Source: Psychrobacter sp. DM4 (GTDB lineage Bacteria; Pseudomonadota; Gammaproteobacteria; Pseudomonadales; Moraxellaceae). Taken from it: a stretch of DNA of 32,000 nt. Location: contig NZ_CP195536.1 in assembly GCF_051307035.1 (NCBI RefSeq), positions 2,400,001-2,432,000 on the forward strand, in the 5' to 3' direction. The translations under genes were made by a program, and so were the position numbers. Positions 25,769 to 32,000 of this stretch are shown here, piece after piece; position 1 is the stretch's first letter; every line of letters starts with the position of its first letter. Below the pieces are notes generated by a model. It saw only the letters and a list, made by a program, of their open reading frames with translations, searched no databases and was not told the origin of the DNA.

Positions 25769-26365
25769 CTAACCCTGCCGTAACCCCAATATAGGAATCA
25801 CCAAATCCTCCTCATCAGTCAGATGCTGCCGGAGTAAATCCGTCACTTTTACCAATGTCTCGTGTAGCGCTTTAGCCAGCGCCTTATACTCAACTTCATT
25901 TCTCGCCAGCTTGTCGTTTTGAATTTGTAATTCATCGAGTAGCGCGTTGAGGCACTCATGATCCTTGTTAAGTATCTCAAACGCAGGGGCAAGCGCAGGA
26001 TAAATACGGACAAATTCGGGGAAGAATCCTTCGTCCTCTACCCCGTGATGCTGGTGCAATTTGAGCACGTGCATATTGATGCGCTTGAGGATTTGCGAGC
26101 GGTATTCTGCCCAGTCATACTCGCCATCAATATAAGCCTCGCTGATTTGCGTAAGGATGCGTTGGCGCTTACGAATATTGGTATGCACCTTTAGCCAGCC
26201 CGAAGTTTTGTATGCGTAATCCGACCCAAACCATTGATCAGGTGGTAGCTTGTTGTACAGAAACAACCAGTCTGCCTCGAGCCGGCTATCAGGATGACGC
26301 GGCGTGATACTAAATAGATCATCGTCTCTATCTTGTTGACTTGCATCGTTAGCAACTACAGTCAT
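25769..26365 (-). CDS. hemerythrin-like (HHE cation-binding) domain protein
   Basis: The ORF is 198 aa. It shows the hemerythrin-domain pattern: WLKVHTNIRKR..., LHQHHGVEDEGFFPEF, NKDHECLNALLDEL, and LRQHLTDEEDLVIPIL. Confidence 0.65.
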   Translation of the reverse strand: MTVVANDASQQDRDDDLFSITPRHPDSRLEADWLFLYNKLPPDQWFGSDYAYKTSGWLKVHTNIRKRQRILTQISEAYIDGEYDWAEYRSQILKRINMHVLKLHQHHGVEDEGFFPEFVRIYPALAPAFEILNKDHECLNALLDELQIQNDKLARNEVEYKALAKALHETLVKVTDLLRQHLTDEEDLVIPILGLRQG

Positions 26366-26517
26366 TGGCTCGTTCTCGTTTTTATTATTGATGCCTGTCT
26401 ATATGGTGGTTTTGTCAGGTGATTTGTAGTGCCATTAGAGCAAAAGTCTTTTCAATTATGGGCAACAATAAAATCTCGGGCAGCATTTTGTCGTTTAATA
26501 AGTAACACAACCCTACC

Positions 26518-26549
26518 TTACAACATAGCAATGGCTCATTTATAATGAG
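26518..26549 (+). promoter_or_regulatory. predicted sigma70-type promoter of the photolyase-family gene, with a palindrome over the -10 box
   Basis: TTACAA (26518-26523) is separated by 17 nt from TATAAT (26541-26546). The perfect inverted repeat CTCATT-TAT-AATGAG (26535-26549) covers the -10 element. The site ends 28 nt upstream of the ATG at 26577. Confidence 0.4.
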
Positions 26550-26576
26550 TTGTCTTAGTTAATATAAGCTTAACTT

Positions 26577-28100
26577 ATGAGTAAAAAAGTCAGCTTAATC
26601 TTCCCGCATCAGCTGTTTGCCAACGTGAGCCTTTGGCAGGACGTGTGCTACCTAATTGAAGAGGACTTATACTTTACCCAGTTTCCTTTTCATAAACAGA
26701 AACTGGTGTTGCACCGCGCTAGTATGAAAGCCTATGAGCAAACTTTAAAGGATGCGGGCAAAACCGTACACTATATCGAATCAAGCCATAAGCACAGTGA
26801 CTGTCGTAAATTGATTGCTAGCTTTATAAGTCATAAAAGTAATCCTGACAACGATAAGGCTATTGAAAAAGTATATTGCATTGATTTGGTTGATGACTGG
26901 CTACGAATGTACGTTCAAGAAGCTATACTAGAGGCCGATATTGACTTTGATTGTTCGCCAACGCCGATGTTTTTGAACGCGCTACCCGTCTATTGTGATT
27001 TTTTTCGCGATAACCGCTTGTTCCATCACGACTTCTATACCCAAGCGCGAAAACGTGAAAAGATTCTCGTCGATAAGGACGATGAACCTATCGGTGGGCA
27101 GTGGTCATTTGATGAAGACAATCGCAAAAAGTATCCGCGTAAAGACACCCCTCCAGCAGTGGAATTTCCTAAATTGAGCGAGCATTATGAGAAAGCGCTA
27201 GCGTACGTTGAGGAAAATTTTGGCACCCATTATGGGGAAGCTAATCCCGACTTTCGCTATCCAACGACTCATGACGAAGCAGAAGAGTGGTTAGAGAATT
27301 TTTTATCAAAACGCTTTAAAGACTTTGGTAAGTACGAGGACGCTATTGTTGCCGACGAGCATATTTTGCATCATAGTATGCTGACGCCGATGCTCAATAC
27401 AGGGCTGCTAACGCCTGAGCAAGTCGTCACGCGCACGCTAGAAGTTAGCGAGGAATATGATATTCCTATCAATTCGTTAGAGGGCTTTATTCGCCAGATT
27501 ATTGGCTGGCGTGAGTTCATGTACGGGCTGTATGAGTCTATCGGTCGCAAGCAGCGCAGCAGTAACTTTTGGGAGTTCACTCGCAAGATACCACCGAGCT
27601 TTTATACCGGTGATACGGGTATTGTACCGATTGATACGACGATTAAAAAACTACTTAAGACAGGATACGCGCATCATATCGAACGCTTGATGATCTTTGG
27701 CAATTTTATGCTGCTCTGTGAGTTCGATCCTAACGAGGTCTATCAATGGTTTATGGAGATGTTCATCGACTCCTACGACTGGGTCATGGTACCTAATATC
27801 TATGGTATGAGTCAGTTCGCTGATGGTGGTCTGATGGTGACCAAGCCCTATATCAGCGGCAGTAATTATATTAACAAAATGAGCAATTATCAGGTCAAAT
27901 CCAAAGGCGAGTCGCTTGAGTGGGCGGCTATTTGGGATGGGCTGTTTTGGCGCTTTATGCATGTACATCGCGAGTTTTTTGAAAAGAATGCGCGTATCGG
28001 CATGCTACTGTCGATGTGGGACAAGATGGATAAAGACCAACAAAAAGAGCATTTGGATAACGCTGCGCAGTTTTTAAAAAAATTAGATAATGAGAACTAA
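26577..28100 (+). CDS. cryptochrome/photolyase family protein, CryPro/FeS-BCP (COG3046) type, lacking the Fe-S cysteines
   Basis: The ORF is 507 aa. Family motifs are present: SLIFPHQLF, GGQWSFDEDNRKKY, HSMLTPMLNTGLLTPEQV, GWREFMYGLY, GYAHHIERLM, SYDWVMVPNIYGMSQFADGG, and KPYISGSNYINKMSNY. No Cys occurs after residue 381. Confidence 0.8.
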   Translation: MSKKVSLIFPHQLFANVSLWQDVCYLIEEDLYFTQFPFHKQKLVLHRASMKAYEQTLKDAGKTVHYIESSHKHSDCRKLIASFISHKSNPDNDKAIEKVYCIDLVDDWLRMYVQEAILEADIDFDCSPTPMFLNALPVYCDFFRDNRLFHHDFYTQARKREKILVDKDDEPIGGQWSFDEDNRKKYPRKDTPPAVEFPKLSEHYEKALAYVEENFGTHYGEANPDFRYPTTHDEAEEWLENFLSKRFKDFGKYEDAIVADEHILHHSMLTPMLNTGLLTPEQVVTRTLEVSEEYDIPINSLEGFIRQIIGWREFMYGLYESIGRKQRSSNFWEFTRKIPPSFYTGDTGIVPIDTTIKKLLKTGYAHHIERLMIFGNFMLLCEFDPNEVYQWFMEMFIDSYDWVMVPNIYGMSQFADGGLMVTKPYISGSNYINKMSNYQVKSKGESLEWAAIWDGLFWRFMHVHREFFEKNARIGMLLSMWDKMDKDQQKEHLDNAAQFLKKLDNEN

Positions 28101-28186
28101 GGTCTACGTTTCTCTATACGTGGTATAGAATAATGCAAACGATAAAATTAGAGTACGGATCTATCAGAGTATGACACTATAATATT

Positions 28187-29038
28187 ATGACAGTACAAAG
28201 GATATTTATGTTTACCGAATACAAAGCAAGTGGCGCGACAACGACGAGTAAAATTCCAACACCCAAGATTATTTTCTTTGACATTGATGACACGCTTAGC
28301 CGCGCAGGCATCATTGCTGAGCATAATCAAGCGACGTTGGAAGCACTGGCCAATACAGATATCAAGCTGGTCATCTCGACAGGACGTTCAAAAGCGATAT
28401 TACCGCCTGATGTTTTGGCCTTGCTGGACGCAAACGTATTAGACGCTATCATCTGTATGAATGGTCAATATAGTTTTGATAACCATCATAGAATCAGCCA
28501 CTACCCCCTATCTACTGAACAAACAGCAAAAATAGTGCAACTGTGTAAAGCGAGTAAACTTATTCACAAGTTTGACTCTGCTACTCACATTGCTTGGTCG
28601 GGTGAAAATGATCGCTTGCGTGAATTCAATGCCCGCACACCGAACTCTATCGTTGATCCCTCTTATTATCAAAACAATGAAGTCTATCAATGCTCAGTGT
28701 TTTTTAATAATCAGCAGGAAAAAATGCAAGACGTTGACTTCGCGCAAGGTGGTTTGAAATTGGTACATTGGCACAATACGGGTGCAGATATCTTGCCAGC
28801 TGATGCTTCTAAAGCGCGTGGTATCTTAGACGTCTGTCAGCACTATGGCGTTGATGCTAGCGAGTGCATGGCCTTTGGTGATGGTATGAATGACTTGGAG
28901 ATGTTTGACTTAGTCGGCTACGCGGTCGCTATGGGTGATGCGCAACCTGACTTAATCGCACGGGCAGACTTTGTGACAGGTACGATTGAAGAGCGCGGTA
29001 TTCAATCGGTGCTTGAGCGTCTAGACATGGTGTCTTAG
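28187..29038 (+). CDS. Cof-type HAD-IIB family hydrolase
   Basis: The ORF is 283 aa. HAD motif I is IIFFDIDDTLS. STGR is present. Motif IV is MAFGDGMNDLEMF. AAGGA upstream favours the second ATG at 28208 (MFTEYK...) as the start. Confidence 0.8.
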   Translation: MTVQRIFMFTEYKASGATTTSKIPTPKIIFFDIDDTLSRAGIIAEHNQATLEALANTDIKLVISTGRSKAILPPDVLALLDANVLDAIICMNGQYSFDNHHRISHYPLSTEQTAKIVQLCKASKLIHKFDSATHIAWSGENDRLREFNARTPNSIVDPSYYQNNEVYQCSVFFNNQQEKMQDVDFAQGGLKLVHWHNTGADILPADASKARGILDVCQHYGVDASECMAFGDGMNDLEMFDLVGYAVAMGDAQPDLIARADFVTGTIEERGIQSVLERLDMVS

Positions 29039-29295
29039 TCCCGTACCATCACTCCGTAAAGCCAACTACCCAATTTATAAAACACGCCAATCACGACGAT
29101 AAAAACCACAATGGCTAAGAGATAAGCCAACCAATCTGGCGCACCGCTTAGCCAACCGATCGTAAATACTGTGCCCAGATAGGCCTCCATCGGCCAGTTG
29201 ATGATGGACGCAGACGTACTGACGTTAAGTAGCGCAATTAAAGCGACAAGTCCTACTAAGGCAGTTATGATTCCTACGCGTTGACGCTTATTCAT
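29035..29295 (-). CDS. hypothetical small membrane protein
   Basis: The ORF is 86 aa with three hydrophobic helices (VGIITALVGLVALIALL, LGTVFTIGWLSG, LAYLLAIVVFIVVIGVF). Its stop overlaps the convergent HAD gene stop by 4 bp. I recognise no family. Confidence 0.45.
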   Translation of the reverse strand: MNKRQRVGIITALVGLVALIALLNVSTSASIINWPMEAYLGTVFTIGWLSGAPDWLAYLLAIVVFIVVIGVFYKLGSWLYGVMVRD

Positions 29296-29360
29296 ACGGT
29301 CTCTCTTTAGATATTCGTTCTAGGTGCTTTTGATTCTTAACGCTTGTGGGTATCATGACT

Positions 29361-30194
29361 CTAAGGCATTGTCAGACCGCCATCAACGGCAATAGATTGA
29401 CCTGTGATAGCCGCGCTCAAATCAGACGCCATGAGAAGTACCGTATTAGCAAAGTCAGCCACCGAGGTCGCCTGACGCAGTGGCGTAGTCGTCGCAATAT
29501 AGTCAAACACCTCTTCACTAGTTAAGCGACTAGCATCCGTCGTTTTAAGTAGTCCACCTGCTAGCAAGTTAACGCGAATACCATACTGTCCAAGCTCACT
29601 GGCTAAATTGCGGGTTAATCCAATCAGCGCCGATTTGGCGGTCGTATAGTCGTAATAAGTCACCACTGGATTGTAGACAAGGTTGGTTGAGATGTTAATA
29701 ATCTTGCCCATCTTTTGAGACTTCATTTGTGGCAATACTGCTTGAACCGTATTCACCGCCCCTTTGACGATACCCTCTATCTGCTGTGAGAAGTGCGGCC
29801 ATGTCACGGTCTCAATACTGGTATAGTCCGCACTTGGATCAAACTGGTAATGAGGTAATGCATTATTGACTAAAACATCGATGCGTCCATAACTTTTGAT
29901 AACCTCTTCTACCATCGCCTTGACCTCTGTTAGCTCAGTGACATCAGCTCGACAGGCAAAGGCGCGTCCACCTGAATTTTTGATGTCGGTGACGACAGTT
30001 TCGGCAGCCTCTTGACTATTAAGGTAGTTGATGCACACGCTAGCACCAGCAGCTGCCATTTGCTGAGCGATTTGTGCACCAAGGCCTCGGCTACTTCCTG
30101 TGACTATGACTACTTTATCCATCAGTAATTGAGGTATGATCGTTTGAACAGGCGTATTCGTTTCAGAAAGCATTGTCGCTTGAGTATGAGCCAT
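29361..30194 (-). CDS. SDR family oxidoreductase (FabG-like)
   Basis: The ORF is 277 aa. The cofactor motif is VTGSSRGLG. NNA is present. The catalytic motif is YTTAKSA (YxxxK). AAGGAT RBS lies before the ATG at 30194. An alternative start at MDKVVIVTG is possible. Confidence 0.85.
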   Translation of the reverse strand: MAHTQATMLSETNTPVQTIIPQLLMDKVVIVTGSSRGLGAQIAQQMAAAGASVCINYLNSQEAAETVVTDIKNSGGRAFACRADVTELTEVKAMVEEVIKSYGRIDVLVNNALPHYQFDPSADYTSIETVTWPHFSQQIEGIVKGAVNTVQAVLPQMKSQKMGKIINISTNLVYNPVVTYYDYTTAKSALIGLTRNLASELGQYGIRVNLLAGGLLKTTDASRLTSEEVFDYIATTTPLRQATSVADFANTVLLMASDLSAAITGQSIAVDGGLTMP

Positions 30195-30524
30195 GAGGTT
30201 ATCCTTTATAATTGAGACAAAAACTAACGGTAGACAAATCTAACGACCGGTTTTGACGAGTTATTAATAGATTTTAGCGATCATAGCATAGTTCCTAGTA
30301 CTGTTTTTTGGGAGCAATGCTACCGCTGAACAAAGCGAATTGAGCATTACTGATTTTATCGTTACTCTTTAAATTGTGATACGTTATGACCATAATAGTA
30401 TCATTAACTGTATATCTACCTTACTACGCGTCCCATTATTTACTTGTCTGACTTTAGGAGCACTATTTTGACTCGACTCTCTTCTTCAAAAACCAGTACG
30501 TCTTTGCAAGCTATTAAACACAAC

Positions 30525-31598
30525 ATGCCAAAATTAATATTGAGTGCCGCAATCGCTCTTGTGCTTGCCAGCTGTAGCAACTCAGATACTGCCGCCATTG
30601 ACGGCGCGCCAAGTAGTGATGTAACTCTCAATCTGTATAATTGGTCTGAGTATATGCCGCAGGAGATATTGGACGGTTTTGAGGCTGAGACCGGCATATC
30701 CGTCAATTACACTACATTTGACTCTAATGAAGCTATGTATGCCAAGCTCAAACTACTCGATGACTCAAGTCAATATGATCTTGCTGTGCCTTCGACCTAT
30801 TATGTCGAAAAGATGGCTAACGAAGGTCTATTACAAGAGATTGATCAATCAAAACTAAGTAACTTCAACAATTTGGATACTTCATTTACCAATACTAAAG
30901 TCGATCCGGACAATAAATATTCTATACCTTATATGTGGGGCAGCACAGGTCTCGCTATCAATGGTGATACTATCGATCCCGATAGTGTCAACAGCTGGAA
31001 CGATCTGTGGAAGCCTGAGTATAAGTCTCAAGTGATGCTGACTAATGATGTGCGTGAAGTCTTCGGTATGGCACTACTGACCCTCGGATACTCTGGTAAC
31101 AGTAGAGATTCTGATGAGATAAAAGCCGCTTACGAGAAGCTCACTACCTTAATGCCGAACGTCAAAACTTTTAATTCTGATGCCACTCGTATGCCGTATA
31201 TCGAAGGTGAAACGGCGCTTGGTATGACTTGGAATGGCGAGGCGGTAATGGCAAACGATGAGGGAATGACAAGCTTGGTCTATAAGTATCCTAGTGAAGG
31301 TGCAATCCTCTGGATGGACAATTTTGTGATTCCAAAGAACGCCAAGCAAGTAGATGCCGCGCATCAATTCATCGATTATTTGCTACGTCCTGAGAATGCC
31401 AAGATCGTCAGTGAAGAGATCGGTTACGCGTCTCCAAATAGTGGTGCTCGCGAACTGATGGATGAAGCCGTTCGCAATAACGCAACTATCTATCCATCCA
31501 AAGAAGTTCTTGCCAAAGCAGAATTCCAAGAAGACGTTGGTGATGATGCTTTGCAAGTGTATCAGCAGTATTGGGATATGCTAAAAACGGGGCGTTAA
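30525..31598 (+). CDS. polyamine (spermidine/putrescine) ABC transporter substrate-binding lipoprotein, PotD/PotF family
   Basis: I place the start at the ATG at 30525, giving MPKLILSAAIALVLASCSN, which has a lipobox (LASC). The PotD/F pattern LNLYNWSEYMPQEILDGFEAETGISVNYTTFDSNEAMYAKL is present. The track TTG start at 30444 adds 27 non-signal-like residues. Confidence 0.8.
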   Translation: MPKLILSAAIALVLASCSNSDTAAIDGAPSSDVTLNLYNWSEYMPQEILDGFEAETGISVNYTTFDSNEAMYAKLKLLDDSSQYDLAVPSTYYVEKMANEGLLQEIDQSKLSNFNNLDTSFTNTKVDPDNKYSIPYMWGSTGLAINGDTIDPDSVNSWNDLWKPEYKSQVMLTNDVREVFGMALLTLGYSGNSRDSDEIKAAYEKLTTLMPNVKTFNSDATRMPYIEGETALGMTWNGEAVMANDEGMTSLVYKYPSEGAILWMDNFVIPKNAKQVDAAHQFIDYLLRPENAKIVSEEIGYASPNSGARELMDEAVRNNATIYPSKEVLAKAEFQEDVGDDALQVYQQYWDMLKTGR

Positions 31599-31625
31599 TC
31601 AATACGCTAATCATTCAATAGCAAA

Positions 31626-31662
31626 CAAAAAAGCGCTATCGCAATCGATAGCGCTTTTTTGT
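31626..31662. terminator. bidirectional rho-independent terminator
   Basis: AGCGCTATCG (31632-31641) pairs with CGATAGCGCT (31645-31654). AAAAAA lies on the left and TTTTTT on the right. The hairpin sits between convergent genes. Confidence 0.85.
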
Positions 31663-31706
31663 TGTAGATATTATAGAAAATTACAAAGGTGATGAAAGCC
31701 TGAACG

Positions 31707-32000
31707 TCATAGATGTAAATCAGTCTCACCGCCCTGCTCTTTTATCCTAAGCTGCTCGCGGCGCTGGTATTCGAGACCAGAAGCGGCGTACCACTGCGGC
31801 TTGGTCGTTTGTAATAAGTCACTTAGCTGCTGTAATTGCACTTGCAACGTTTGCGTGAGCCAAAAGTAGCCCTGCCATTCAAACGCCAAGTGCTGAACAC
31901 TTGGATACTCTGATACCGCAATACGCGTAATAGGACGGAACACTTCATCACTTGGACTACGTAGCACTGCTGCTATGTGTTGCATCGCTTGTGTCAGCTC
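31707..32000 (-). CDS. hypothetical protein, probably the C-terminal part only (frame stays open to the right edge)
   Basis: The track ORF is 92 aa and starts at 31985. The frame upstream (ELTQA-M) has no stop before the window end. I recognise no family. Confidence 0.4.
   Translation of the reverse strand, partial: ELTQAMQHIAAVLRSPSDEVFRPITRIAVSEYPSVQHLAFEWQGYFWLTQTLQVQLQQLSDLLQTTKPQWYAASGLEYQRREQLRIKEQGGETDLHL

Noticed and set aside
25700-25792. 30-codon basic ORF on the + strand (MSRYKRKAGEATKDNFHRRKPTSNPAVTPI)
   Set aside because: It has no RBS. It overlaps the 3' end of the hemerythrin-like gene on the opposite strand. Its composition is explained by the GC-rich structured element.
22403-26549. 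Shared AATGAG/CTCATT hexamers in the parC upstream region (22403-22419, 22436-22441) and in the photolyase promoter palindrome (26535-26549), as a common regulator site
   Set aside because: The half-sites are arranged differently: inverted with a 5-nt gap in one case, everted with a 3-nt gap in the other. A 6-mer recurs by chance at this sequence length. There is not enough evidence for a shared operator.
30444-30524. TTG-initiated 27-codon extension of the PotD/F-like gene
   Set aside because: The internal ATG at 30525 yields a canonical lipoprotein signal peptide. The extension would bury that signal peptide.

Overview
This 32 kb window looks like ordinary chromosomal core genome of a moderately AT-rich gammaproteobacterium. 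Gene content and protein sequences suggest Moraxellaceae, possibly Psychrobacter-like; that assignment is inference only. About 27 genes are supported. The recognisable ones are valS, an FNT-family channel, a BASS-family symporter, two adjacent YbjQ/UPF0145 paralogs, a UPF0149 protein, a small very acidic protein, an enlarged Smp/YtjB-like membrane protein divergent from serB, a DUF368 membrane protein, an SCP2-domain protein, bioB, hemJ, a secreted NlpC/P60-like protein, rph, two tandem fadD paralogs, parC, a hemerythrin-like protein divergent from a CryPro/FeS-BCP-type photolyase homolog, a Cof-type HAD hydrolase, an SDR, and an orphan polyamine-binding lipoprotein. I found no rRNA, tRNA, CRISPR array, transposase, integrase or recognisable defence operon, and I cannot honestly point to a convincing novel multi-gene system. 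The parts most worth a second look are non-coding or atypical. (1) The convergent gap at 25403-25768 holds four copies of a GGTGGGTTA core arranged as nested palindromes, a GC-rich self-complementary element of about 150 nt, and a 21-codon hydrophobic mini-ORF that resembles a type I toxin. (2) A 280-bp element with 17-bp perfect terminal inverted repeats (MITE-like) lies between the two fadD genes. (3) The photolyase-family protein has no cysteine where characterised relatives coordinate a [4Fe-4S] cluster. (4) The Smp/YtjB-like protein carries a long low-complexity linker and an extra C-terminal domain. (5) An AT-rich orphan acidic ORF follows parC. (6) A perfect 3 x 13 bp tandem repeat sits in an intergenic region. 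(7) The left edge downstream of valS is AT-rich. All functional calls come from motif recognition by eye. No searches or computations were run.
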